Shown here piece after piece: positions 28,017-41,308 of a stretch of 64,000 nucleotides of DNA. The DNA is from Octopus vulgaris. Its lineage: Eukaryota. The number at the start of each line of letters is the position of its first letter. Positions within the stretch are counted from its first letter, which is position 1. The stretch covers positions 71,052,001-71,116,000 of the forward strand of contig OX597827.1 in NCBI GenBank assembly GCA_951406725.2. The letters run 5' to 3'. The notes beneath the pieces were generated by a model that did no database searches, was not told where the DNA came from, and saw nothing but the letters and a program-made list of their open reading frames with translations. The translations under genes and the position numbers were made by a program.

Positions 28017-29300
28017 TTTTGCATAGCTCTAATACTCCTTACAAGTGAACTTAATGGAACAGGGTATAGATATAAAATTGGTAACAAAAAAATAAGTCAT
28101 TTATATGGATGACTTAAATGATCTTGAAAGATTACTACGATGATGAGCTTGAAGGAACTACGTACTGTGAAAGCATTCAGTGATGACATCGGGATGGAAT
28201 TTGATCTGGATAAATGTGCTAAGTCCACTTTCCAGAAAGGGAAATTGAAGACCATATTCAGTGGTGTTGGATGTTGACACAATCATAAAAGAACTCGAGC
28301 AGGAACGAACTTACAAAATCCTCGGAATACACGAGGGCTCTGACATTCAGCATGCAAGCATGAAAGAGAAGATCAGGAAGGAATGTTACAGGAGAGCTTG
28401 AGCAGTCCTAAAATCCGACTTAAATGCACGTAACAAGGTGTTCACTATAAATTCCTTAGCAGTTCCGGTTGTTATTTACAGTTTCAGTGTGTTGAACTAG
28501 AATATGAACAAAATAGAAAAGATTGACAGGAAAATCCGTAAGCTGCTGACTTACAATAAGATGCACCACTCAAAGGAAGACGCAGATCGTCTTTACCTAC
28601 CCAGAACTCATAAGCGGAAAGTGTAACCTCTCGAAAGAGCTGTTCTTCACTCCTGCTCCAGAGCGTAGGCTGCGGGGTCACTCCGAAAAGCTCTATTTGC
28701 GACGATTTCATCTCAATCGAAGGAGAGGGGCTTTCTCCGTCCGGGTTGCGGATCCGTGGAATAAGCTCCCAGACGAGATAGTGAAGATGCCGACGACCGC
28801 TCGGTTCAAAGTTTCCCTTGACCGCAAATGGCCTGAACTCTTTGCATGAACACCACCCTGTACATAACTCCATGTCCCCCTACATGGCCTTGCTTTTTGC
28901 TTTTTGAGCCAAAAAATTAACTAACTAACTAACTAACTAACTCAAGGAGGTCGAGGCTTGATCCAGTCTGAAATCTCTTACACAACCACCACAATTGGAC
29001 TGGCTGAATATCTAGAAACATCTAACAACTGGATGCTAAAGCCCGTTGACAAACCATGAAAAACGTAAGAAGCTTTATTCTGTTATGAAGGAGAGCAGAA
29101 CACTTTCAAGCGAATTTTTGCATAATGCCTACGTTGAACAGCATGATGGAAGTGCAACAACTGTAGTTGCAAAGTAGGTGAAATCGATAGCAAAGGAAAA
29201 TGCATCTGAACGATCGGCTGATAGATGGGAACAAAAACCTCTGCATGACAAATATGTGGCCCGTAGCAAACAAGCTGGTGTAGACCCGAAGCACACCCAT
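28017..29300 (+). pseudogene. Decayed Dong/R4-clade RT region, interrupted by a CR1 3' end
   Basis: SH..YMDDL, FSDDIGMEFDLDKCA, YKILGI, LNARNKVFTINSLAVPV, W..KPLH; multiple stops and frameshifts. Confidence 0.75.
28609..28942 (+). mobile_element. CR1-clade LINE 3' end with (AACT)n tail
   Basis: Homologous to 58280-58750; aactca on both sides. Confidence 0.8.
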
Positions 29301-30198
29301 AATAACAACCACTACATGGAGTGGAGGCGCAATGGCCCAGTGGTTAGGGCAGCGGACTCGCGGTCGTAAGAACGCGGTTTCGATTCTCAGACCGGGCATT
29401 GTGAGTGTTTATTGAGCGAAAACACCTAAGCTCCATGAGGCTCCTGGGGTGGGGGAATGAAGCCCGCTGTACTCTTTCACCACAACTTTCTCTCACTCTT
29501 TCTTCCTACTTCTGCCGCAAAGCAGAGGAACCATGGTGTAACCCACTATGGTGTGGTAAACTTTCTGACCCCAGTCTAGATTGCGAATCCTCTGTACCCC
29601 AGGATGGTTCAGCTCTCCACCCGTTAAAAGCCACCGTTTACGGAATGAAGATAACAACGTAGCTTTCGCGCCCGTGCAACCGCTAGTCTATCATGTGTGG
29701 TGGGTGGATCTTCAAGTTGCCACACGCATTCTTAGTAGCTTAGAGTAGGCTCGAATTAGAGATTATTCTTTGTGGCTAACGGCGCGAGTCCTGATTGGAA
29801 GAAGAAGAAGAAGAAGAAGAAGAAGAAGAAGAAGAGCATTGTCACTGAATTTTTTTTCCTTTTCCCCCCTTTATCTTCTTTGTTTACTTTTTTTAATTTT
29901 TGTTTTTTCTCTCTGTCCTTCTTCCTTTTTTCTCTATCACATGACTTTGTAAACGAACAATCTGGTGTGCTTATTTAAATATCCTACCAATGCGGTTCTC
30001 TGTCATAGGTGTCGGGAAGACACTCGGCAAGAAATGGAAACAGAATTGAAAGATGATAATGAAAATAAAAATAATGATAATCCTTTCTACTATAGGCACA
30101 AATGCCTGAAATTTGGGGTAGGAGGATAGACGATTACATCGACCCCAGTACTCAACTTACCCCTTCCTTCGAACTTGCTAAAATTTGAAATTAATATT

Positions 30199-30577
30199 AA
30201 ATCTCTGAACGAGGTATAAACAGTAACTGCACGACAATGTGAGGTATACTTGCCATCTCAATATGGCTAACCACTAAGGGTGGGTGTTACTGTAGCTTCT
30301 AGCCCCAGGAGAACGTCGTCTCCAGCTGGCTTTAGGCACACTTTCTGTGCCCTTATGGTATTTATCGTACGCTGATGACAGGTCAAAACCTAGAAACTGC
30401 AGTCCGTGCGTATCACTTAGGTTCACGAGGGAAGGGTGACCTCCCTTTGCAAATACCATAAGGGCACAGAGAGTATGCGTAAAGCCAGCTGGAGACGATG
30501 TTCTCCTGGGGCTACAAGCTACAGTAACACCCATCCTTAGTGGTTAGCCATATTGAGATGGCAAGTATACCTCACAT
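30199..30577. mobile_element. 379-bp non-coding foldback retroelement (inverted pLTR or retrozyme-like) with 11-bp TSD
   Basis: Arms about 30237-30363 and 30451-30577; 38-nt unpaired tail; direct repeat aaattaatatt at 30188-30198 and 30578-30588. Confidence 0.8.
30366..30410 (+). ncRNA. Minimal type-I hammerhead ribozyme with canonical core; predicted cleavage after GUC at 30404
   Basis: CGTACG-CTGATGA-c AGGT(caaa)ACCT a-GAAA-CTGCAG-TC-CGTGCG; 6-bp stem I; palindromic stem III. Confidence 0.8.
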
Positions 30578-31564
30578 AAATTAATATTCTTGTATGAGTA
30601 TACCCGCTTTCCATTGTAATGGTTAGCTTCTTTAACCTGGTGACATTAATTTTCGTGTCTGTTTTCATCATGTCTGAAATGGCCAGGTTTGGCCATTTCT
30701 ATTATCTTTATTATTGTTTCTGTTACATCTACCATCGTGGATATTTATTCTTGAGAAGTGCTTTTTCTGCTAAATATGAAATCTGTAGGTTTTAGTTCTT
30801 TGTTTATCCCCTTTAGATTATCACCTTCATAAATTCCACCATCGTTAGAAATTTTCTTTGTAAATTTTCCTCACATTCTCTTTTATTTATGCTTTTGCCG
30901 TGCTGTTCCGGTTTGGTTCTTGCTAGTCAAGTCTTCTGTAGTTTTGTATTTGGTTTTGTTGTGTTTGGTCATTTACTTCATTTTGCCCTGTATTTGGTCT
31001 ACTTTCGTTTTCGTTTGTTTGCCTCTGGAATGTCATCGTGTGGTAAGTAGCTTGTTTACCAACCACATGGTTCCGGGTTCAGTCCCACTGCGTGGCACCT
31101 TGGGCAAGTGTCTTCTACTATAGCCTCGGGCCGACCAAAGCCTTGTGAGTGGATTTGGTAGACGGAAACTGAAAGAATCCCGTCGTATATATGTATATAT
31201 ATATATGCGTGTGTGTGTTTGTGTGTCTGTTTTTGTCCCCCTAGCATTGCTTGACAACCGATGCTGGTGTGCTTATGTCTCCGTTACTTAGCGGTTCGGC
31301 AAAAGAGGCTGATAGAATAAGTACTGGGCTTACAAAAAAGAATAAGTCCCGGGGTCGAGTTGCTCGATTAAAGGCGGTGCTCCAGCATGGCCGCAGTCAA
31401 ATGACTGAAACAAGTAAAAGAGTAAAAGAGTAAGCATTCGCAGCCCTCAACCAGTCGGGCAATGCGCGGGTGTTTCAAGCTAACGAATGGTGAGGTGAAA
31501 AGTCGGGGGCGACAACAATCAAGGGACGTTAACAACGTCTTACACGGACAAGTAACTGACTTAC

Positions 31565-31601
31565 CTATAATGAGGATTATAAACAGCGAAAGGGTGTTCA
31601 T
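31565..31601 (-). CDS. Host gene coding exon 1 (signal peptide MNTLSLFIILII+G); the whole exon including 5'UTR is 31669-31565
   Basis: Acceptor (tta)n-ttccag| at 31670; in-frame TGA upstream of a GCC-ATG; donor ATAG|gtaagt, phase 1. Splices to 23903 to give MNTLSLFIILIIGVTPSAG-DAVY, a typical signal peptide. Confidence 0.8.
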
Positions 31602-31672
31602 GGCCAAAAGTAGAAACTGTATTGGCTTCCCTGACTTCTTTCCTTGGTATCAATACCAAACGGTGGTTCCTG

Positions 31673-31751
<79 letters not shown>

Positions 31752-31755
<4 letters not shown>

Positions 31756-32110
31756 CAATACCTGTTGTCATAGGTGCCCTGGGAATGATAGCAAAAGGGG
31801 CTGATTGCTACCTAACTCAGATACCAGGAAACCCCAAACTGGCAGAAATTCAAAAGATAGTGCTCATGGGAACTGCTCATATCCAACGCAAAATACTTTC
31901 TATGTAATCTCAAGTTTTAAAACAAACATAATTTTCGTATGGTTTTTTTTTTTTTAGGCATTCACGAGTACAACATTAAGTGCAAAACCAAATATATGGC
32001 ACCCTAGGCATAACACCATCATGAACTTCCAACCTGTTGTCTCTTGAGGTCTCTGGGTGAGACTTGGAGCCAGCTTGTGCAAATGTAAAGCAAAAGTCAA
32101 ACATAGAATA
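31752..32110 (+). mobile_element. Dong/R4-clade 3' fragment in (AAT)n
   Basis: KTIPVVIGALGMIAKGADCYLTQIPGNPKLAEIQKIVLMGTAHIQRKILSM* plus 3'UTR. Confidence 0.8.
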
Positions 32111-32133
32111 ACAACAACAACAACAACAACTAC

Positions 32134-32196
<63 letters not shown>

Positions 32197-32197
<1 letters not shown>

Positions 32198-32750
32198 GCC
32201 TTGATGCAGTACCAGGCACTGGCTCTCATGGCTTCTGATCTTAACTGATTGGAAGTGTTATCATGTACGTGTTTTGTCTTGGTATAAAAGACGGGCTACA
32301 GTAAATATTCTGCTCAATACCACAGATTTGCTTTCAGTTGTTTGACCTTAACCAGTTGAGCATGTCCCTTAGTGGCTGACAATATGTGCATCTCTGAACA
32401 TGAGCAGAAGTAGTGGGGGAGAATCATAGCCGTGTGTTGAGAGGGATTCTTTGGGGTTTGAATAGTTCACCTCTGGAAACATGGGTGGTTCGTTCAACAT
32501 CCTTAAACAACCCTTATTCAGGGACCTTTTGAGCGGGATGGGCTACTCGACCAGAAGAAAATTCCAACTGGGCCCCACCTGCAAGGTGATGTGCTGTTTA
32601 TCTTGATATGAGATCACCATGTCGCGCACATATGGTTGTGATGCATGTGCCTAGTGTACCCTTATCAGACGGGTGGTCATGATGGGTATATTGGGCTTCG
32701 TATATTTTACCCCAGTGTCACTCTAATGGCATGCACTGCTCTCTCACTCA
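32197..32750 (+). mobile_element. Unclassified ~550-bp interspersed repeat ending in (AAC)/(AAT)n; second copy 53295-53845 (-)
   Basis: Two near-identical copies in opposite orientation. Confidence 0.75.
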
Positions 32751-32782
32751 ACAACAACAACAATAATAATAGTAATTCATTC

Positions 32783-34270
32783 TTTTATTAGCCACAAGGG
32801 CTCAAATAAAACTACATTAAATGACATGCAGCAACATACAATGGGTTTTCCGTGTGTAAACAATATAAATAATTAAACTGAACAAATTAAAACTCCCAAT
32901 AGTTGGGGCGCTTTAAAGTCTTCGTGGAAAAAACCTACAAAAGCCATGGGTACTTGATCAACAGGGTAAGAGCCCTTCTTCTTTTTCTCACAGGTGTATA
33001 CTCAGAATTGGTCCTTTCACACTATGCATTCTTCCAACATTCACCCACTTTTCAACAAACTTGCTACAAGGCAACACTTCCCTCTCCACCCTCAGCTTCC
33101 TTTTCAAGTGAAACTTGAAAAAGTTGATGAGGGCTTGACCAAAGAGGAAGGTGTCTTTCTTTAGCCCTTTCAAGCGGGTCCACCATACCACCTCTTTCGC
33201 TACAGCCACTAGACAAATAAAAATTGCCAGCCCCACCCGGCCAAAAGAGAGCGGCAGGGCACTCTTCATAATGGATTCAGCTGATAGCCGGATCCGTCCT
33301 ACATGCGACCACAGGTGTTCGACATAAACCCACTGGTCAGCAATACTCGGGCACTGGACTAGGGCGTGCAGAACGGTTTCATCGTTCTGGGCGCCCGGCT
33401 GATGGGCGTTCGGGCAGGCCTGGCTGATTGCACTTCCGTGCCTGTAAAGTTTATCTTGAACAGGCAGCGCCCCTCGGTAGCACTGCCAGGCAAGGATTTC
33501 TGGAAGTTATCCATAGGCCCAGGCCTGAAAGTTCTCCGAAACAGACCGGTTAGTTGATCCCCATCGACGCCCAGAGTTTCCCCGAGAACGTCATTGCGCT
33601 TTCCCTCCACTAGCTCTCTAGAGAACGCTAGAGTGGAACTACCACCGACCGCATTGCGGCCTAGTAGAGGGCTGTGAGCGCTTGATGGCACTCGAGGTTC
33701 CAAGTGCTCCTCCTCGGTCTACGCCTATTCCACGTTTGCAGCTCAGCCAAAGAGACGAGCTGTGGAAAAGTGTGCCTGACATACAGTGACCACACTTGCT
33801 CACCGTCAAGGAAACGCTGGAGATGCTGCAACTTCAGCGCATGTCTGCACATCAGTAACCACGGCATGCCCAGCCCTCCATTCAGCGGCTGTTGACAGCA
33901 GAAGGGTCGCCTGAGCAGTGGAACGCGCCTCTTCCACAGAAAGCGGAAGAGTATGCGCACCAACATGGCCAACCAGCAAACGGAGCAAGGGACGACGGTC
34001 AAGCAGCAATAGATGACGGATGTGATGCACGCATTCGCCCCCTCCGCTCGACCTTTCAGGGGCAGCTTCCTTTCGGCCAATTTCTGGGTGAGATTGGCTA
34101 CCCTGCTCGTGACCTCGTCCCAGTTTTTCTCCACCGGGAGATCCGGACCAAACCAGACTCCGAGGAACTGTCCAGCACCCCACGGCGCTGTTGGGCGGCA
34201 TGGACTTGCTCCTCCAGGTGCCGAGTTGCAAGCCCACTCACTTTTCCGCGTTGATATTGGCTCCTGTCAC
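32783..34270 (-). mobile_element. L1-clade (Tx1-like) LINE 3' portion, decayed; further fragments 36105-36545 (+) and 56310-56570 (-)
   Basis: EKNWDEV..RKLPLKGR..N..IY..LFRFLW..R..C..P.NGGLGMP; C-terminal Zn-knuckle-like motif (..NDETVLHALVQCP); 3' end gagcccttgtggctaataaaag. Confidence 0.75.
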
Positions 34271-36824
34271 CGCTTAATAATAATAATAATAATAAAACAG
34301 AAAAAATTTTCGTGACCCTCTGTCCATATCTAACTGGGGAAAAGTCAGATATCAGATGTTGAACCCCCAATTCGAACTGCACTAACTATTCTGGTGTATA
34401 AAACCATCATCAGCCTAATCCCTTGAGGAGGTATACTCTGCAGCTCCAAAATCCTTTAGGTCTCTGGTCCTCCCTGTCCCTGCTGTGAGACTTGGACAGT
34501 CCGGAGCCCTTGTGGGAGGCGCCTGAACTCTTTCGGTGCCGGGACGCTTTGCAGGATTATGGGTTACCATTGGTGTGGAATGCGACCTGTTACTTGTTAT
34601 GATTTCGGAGTGCTAGCTCAGACATTTTGGTCATGTTGCTCGATTTTCCGAGTTAGACCCTGCTTAGCGTGTTCTCTTCACTGATGATTCGGTTGGGTTG
34701 ACGGCACGTGCTGGTCAACCACATATCGCATGATCACTGCCAGATGAGGCGGTATTTCGTGGAGATAGGGACCGACAAGGACTCTGCTTTGTGGGTTGCC
34801 TGAGAAGACCCTGGAAAATACCAACGAGGATCTGACTGGGTTGATGGCTCGTGTTGGTCGACCACAAGACAGATGAGGGGTGTCCCGTGGAGACGGGGAC
34901 TGACTGAGACTCTGCTCGATGAGCCGCCCCAGGAGGTCCCGCGAATGTATCGACAAATGGTGAATGCAGCAACGTGCTTCTCTCCACAAGTGACCTGACA
35001 TCTGACCTACCTCCTGCCCATCTTTGAATGGGTTACTCATGGTCGTTGGTTGGTAGAATCGGTAAAATAACGGGAAATACATTGCAGCTAACCATATAGG
35101 CACAGGAGTGGCTGGGTGGTAAGTAGCTTGCTTACCAGCCACATGGTTCCGGGTTCAGTCCCACTGCGTGGCATCTTGGGCAAGTGTCTATATCCCCAGG
35201 CCGACCAATGCCTTGTGAGTGGATTTGGTAGACGGAAACTGAAAGAAGCCTGTCGTATATATGTATATTTATATATATATGTATGTGTGTGTGTGTGTGT
35301 TTGTGTTTGTCCCCCTAGCATTGCTTGACAACCGATGCTGGTGTGTTTAAGTCCCCGTCACTTAGTGGTTCGGCAAAAGAGACCGATAGAATAAGTACTG
35401 GGCTTACAAAGAATAAGTCCCGGGGTCGATTTGCTCGACTAAAGGCGGTGCTCCAGCATGGCTGCAGTCAAATGACTGAAACAAGTAAAAGAGTAAAAGA
35501 GTATATTTAAAATTTCAATGCCAACGGCCAATTTGACAAACTTGCTCACGATATTTGGTTCTGTGCACATAGGGCTGCACGTGTGGGCGGGGGCGTATGT
35601 ATGCGTGTGTGCCTGTGTATGTGCATGCACGTGTGTGTGTGTGTATGTACGTGTATGTGTATGTATGCACGCGTGTATGTGTGTATATGCATGTGAGTGA
35701 GTGGGTGAGTGAGTGAGTGAGTGAATGAGTGTCATTGTCAGAGTTGTGGTCGAGTGAGTCACTAAGACCATTCAAATTTCTGGCGTATGAAACGTTTCGA
35801 CTCGTGAGTCTTGGCTCAACTGAAAAGACGCTGACTTATTTGACACCGGACGTTTTAATATTTCTCTCCTTTCAAGGCGGCGATCTCGCAGAACCGTTAG
35901 CACGCCGGGCAAAATGCTTAGCGTCATTTTGTCCGTCTAGGCGTTCTGAGTTCAAATTCAACCGAGGTAGCCTTCGCCTTGCATCCTTTCGGGGTTGATT
36001 AAAATAAGTACCAGTTGAACACTGGGGTCGATGTAATCAACTTACCCCCTCCCCCAAAATTACTGACCTTGTGCCAAAATTTGAAACCAATATTTCTTTC
36101 GTTCTCTCCCTCTCCTATCTCTTTAAAAAAAAGATGGGTGAATGTAGCAAGGATGGCATGTATGAATGACGAAGCCACCTTGAGCATGATCCTATGAACC
36201 TAGAAATTGAAAACAGAGGGTTACCCACTTGCAAACAAATGTGGTAACATGTAACAATACTGACCGAGGTTGCCGTGGTCTTTTTCGTAGGCTTTTCTTC
36301 ACACGGATAAACCTTATCTGCTTCCCCCTTTAGACCGTACATCATGACACTGTGATACAAGATCCCTATTGATCGTTTTTTTCCTCTTCCCCTTTTTTCC
36401 TTTTTTTCTTTTTTTCCCTTTTACGATCCCTTTTGATCGAAAACCTACGCCCCTTTTCTTTTCTTTTTTTTTTCATCCCCCAAAAGAAAGCTCTACCTTG
36501 TAATTTTTCCCATCTGTGTGCAGCCCTGTGTGGCTAATAAAGAAACTTATTTATCTAGCTAGCTATCTTATGCGCATATTTCTGCGCTCGTGCTAGGGCA
36601 TGTGCGGTTTGTCTCCAGCGCCTAAGAATACTGTCGCCAAAAACTGGCCGAATGTTCAACCACTCAGCCATGCCACGTTGCCAGCGCCGAAACAGCTGCG
36701 CCCAGTCGTCTTCTTCCGTATTTTTCTATTTCCGTCTGTTATACAATGCTCACAAGACCACTCATGTTTGGCTACATGATGAAAACCCAAACGTGACTTT
36801 TCCCTTTTCTACTCATGACAACAA

Positions 36825-36947
<123 letters not shown>

Positions 36948-37356
36948 TTAGTAATAATGAAGACTATTTCTACTTGATTACCTTTTTTTTGTTTTATTAA
37001 TAAGCAAGCATATAAGTAGGCAGGTAGGTAGGTAGGTAGGTAGGTAGTAGGTGGGGAGGGAGGGATCGGGGGAGGGAGGAGGGAGGGAGGAAGGTAGGTA
37101 GGTAGACAAGTAGTTAAGTAGGTAGGCAGGCATGTACGTAGAAAAACATAGATAGCTACAGACATACATACAAGCATACATATATACATAATACATATAT
37201 ACATGCATACACACATACCTAGGCAGACAGGCAGACAGGCAGACAGGCAGGCAGGCGAGCAGGAAGACAGGCAGGCAGACATGAAGACGTGCGTACAGGC
37301 AGACAGGCATGCACGTAGACAAAGAAGCTTTGATAGATAGATAAATAGATAGATAC

Positions 37357-37443
<87 letters not shown>

Positions 37444-37612
37444 TATAGATGGACGGACGGACAGACGGACGGACGAACGGACAGACGAACGGACGGACAG
37501 ACAGACAGACACACAGACACACAGACAGACAGACACACAGACACACAGACACACAGACACACAGACAGACACAGACACGCAGACACGCAGACAGACAGAC
37601 AGACAGACAGAC

Positions 37613-37696
<84 letters not shown>

Positions 37697-37998
37697 GGAC
37701 GGGCAGACGGACGGACGAACGGACAGACAGACAGACAGACAAACAGACAGATACATGTTGAATATTGTAAACTTTAAAGAATTCAAATGAAATATTGCGA
37801 ACAACACAAACCTTCCGTCGTTCCCAGGTTTGGGGATGGACTTCCGAAGCTCCGGAGTTTGTTTATAACGTAATCCAGTAACAAAGCTTTCATTCAGAAA
37901 AAAACCAAGAAATTTTTCAGTTTTCTCGGAGCCGCTTCAAAAGACGCTCCTATCCTCCAAAAACACAAATGATGATAATAATAATAATAATAATAATG

Positions 37999-38042
<44 letters not shown>

Positions 38043-38234
38043 TATAATAATAATAATGATAATAATAAAAATAATAATAATTATTATTATTATAATGGTT
38101 TCAAATTTTGGGTCAAGGCCAGCAACTTCGGAGCAAGGGTAAGTCGATTACTTTGACCCCCATCCCTGCATAATTGGTACTTATTTTTATCGAACCTGAA
38201 AGAATGAAAGACAACCGTTTGGACTATATATATA

Positions 38235-38313
<79 letters not shown>

Positions 38314-39398
38314 TGTTATCACCATCATCATCAATTGATGTCTGTTTTCTATGATGGCATGATTTGGACGGCTCAACAGGATCAGAGATGAGACACAGGA
38401 CCACGTCGAACTTCAATGCTTACTTTGGCATGGTTTCTGCGGCTGGATGCCCTTCCTAACGCCAACCCTCTTTACAGAGTGTACTTGCCGCTATTTTTCG
38501 CAGCAACGGCATTAGTAAGGTTACCAACAAACTCGCAAGCCCAGATTCCTCTACAGGGAGCGGTAGTATGGGGGTAGTATGAAGGACGATGGCTTGGCGC
38601 CTTTTCTTGAAGAGACTAAATTATGATGGCAGGAAAAGAACAGGAATCTTGCTGTGGAGGAGACACATTGACTATCTCAGCTGGAAAGAGAGATGAAAAG
38701 GTGCTGGTGATAAGGTGTGAGTAGATTTGGTAGAGGGGAAACTGAAAAGAATCCCGCCGTAAATGTGTGTATGTGTTTGTACCTTACCACTGCACAAGAT
38801 AAAATAAGTACCAGGCTTCAAAAAATAAGTAGTGGTATCGATTCGTTCGATTGAAATTCTTCAAGGCGGTCCCCCAGCATGGCCGCAGTAAAAGAGAAAA
38901 GATATTAAGAATGACGGGCAACCCTCATGGCAGGCAAAGTATTAAAAAACTAAAGTGATATTTTCCCTGCGGGAATATTATTCATCCGTGTTTGATTTCT
39001 GTAAAGGTAACTCTTATGTTTAAGGTTTCATTGTACAAAGTATTTCACACAAACATTTTTTTACGCGTTATCAAATATTTTCGAAAGTGGAAAAAAAAAA
39101 AAAAATGGAAAACCTTGTCGCCGTAACTCTCTCAGAATTATACAGGTACCCCATTTTGGTACCCATTTTAAGTCGGATCGCAGCCTAGAAATTCGAAACC
39201 ACTGATTTCAACGCTATCATATGGAACAGGTAACTTACCTGGCCTTGTTTTTTTAGTGTAACTAATTTTCTTGATCCAATTGGTCCAGTAGCCAAAGAGT
39301 TTGTCCGCTGTTTGGTCGCAGAACTAAGGATTCGTATCGCCTTTAACAGGCCAGTAATTCTGCTTTGCTTCCTTGTTTTTCTTTATTGGTAAGTGATG

Positions 39399-39479
<81 letters not shown>

Positions 39480-39990
39480 TTGGTGGTGGTGGTGGTGGAG
39501 TTATTGATAGGTGTAGAAATATAACAGTGAGTTGTAGAGTTAGCTAATGCCAGCAAAGACACTGAATTCAGGATCGTCTCTGCTTGATACAAAGAACGTG
39601 ATGGCGACAGGAAAAAATTGCTTGGCGTTAGAGCAGAGAATTAACTACAAAACGCTGAATACTTTCTGCTAAATTCTCTCAACTGCAATAGTCTTCTTTT
39701 ACTTATTTCTTCGTTTTGTTTTGTTCGGTTGTAAGGGTATATATCGATATTCATAAAATGGATTGGGATTAGAAATTTCATTCGAGAATAACAGATTTGC
39801 AGTTTTCAGTTTCGTGTTTCTTAGTTCTAATATCTGGCTTCGTTTTTCAGAGGTCCTATGTAAATATATATCAGTAATATACTGATATGATCCAACCTTG
39901 TGCTATTTACGTTAGAAGTTGACTTTTTCCCCTAGGTGTCCATCCATCAATTTTATTACCTCCACCTTATAAACTGAAGTTTACGTGTGT

Positions 39991-40094
<104 letters not shown>

Positions 40095-40860
40095 ACAGAA
40101 AAACAGACGACAGACAGAAAGGCAGACGATAGATGGATGGATGGATGGATGGATAGACAGAAAGGCAGACGACAGAGAGAGAGAGAGAGAGAGATGTTTC
40201 TATACAAGTTTATCTAGTGTTTATATATGTGTGTTTAAGATTCGTGCGTACAGATGTATGTATAAAGACGTACATATATATATGCAGACGTACTTATATA
40301 GATGCGTGAGTATAGATCTTGTCTATACAGATTTGTCTCTATAGATAACGTATGTAAAGTGATGTATTTGTATCTGTTCGTGTCAAAGCGTTGTATATAT
40401 ATATATAGATGTATGTATAGATGTGTATATAAAGATATTTATATATATACAGACATATATGGATAGATGTATGGATGGGTCTATACAAATATGCCTACAT
40501 AGCTTTGTCAAGGTGGTGCGTGCATAAGATGTCTATATAGATATTTCTGTGTAGATGAATGTATTTAGGTTTTCAAGTAAAATTTGGTCGCAATTTGTTG
40601 ATGGTTTTTTGGGGGGGTTTTTTGTCAAAAGACGGTAAACAACGTCTCAACGTCGCTATCTGTCTATCTTTCTATCTACTAACGTATTTATATATTTTGA
40701 GTAACGCTAGTTTATTTATATCTTGAATTGCGGCATTACGATTGAAGGAACTTGAAATGTTGTGAGTCATGGAAGATGTGCTTCAAGAACGTGATTCAAG
40801 CACATTTGGAGAGATTTAGCGAGGGACATCAAGTGAAAGAAAGAGAGAAGGAAGGAAGAA

Positions 40861-40997
<137 letters not shown>

Positions 40998-41050
40998 AAA
41001 AGACAAAAACAAACAATGGATGAATGAAAGAATGGAGGAAATAAAGAAAT

Positions 41051-41117
<67 letters not shown>

Positions 41118-41160
41118 CATACATACATACATACATACATACATACATACATACATACAT

Positions 41161-41199
<39 letters not shown>

Positions 41200-41277
41200 A
41201 AAGACAAAAACAAACAAAGAATGAATGAAAGAATGGAGGAAATAAAGAAATAAAAAAAGAAAGAAAGAAAGATATAT

Positions 41278-41308
<31 letters not shown>

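Noticed and set aside
34300-35090. GC-richer segment with ORFs 34678-35142 and 34715-34987
   Set aside because: Probably a retroelement relic, but no motif could be identified with confidence
37812-37893. MKALLLDYVINKLRSFG..TTE+G as first coding exon (-)
   Set aside because: Not a signal peptide; splicing it in phase to the 31669 acceptor meets the in-frame TGA. At most a 5'UTR exon or uORF.
39239-39388. Exon-like segment open on both strands (FCDQTADKLFGYW.. on -, VTNFLDPIGPVAKEF.. on +)
   Set aside because: No compatible coding neighbours found; more likely a non-coding upstream exon of the minus-strand gene, unproven
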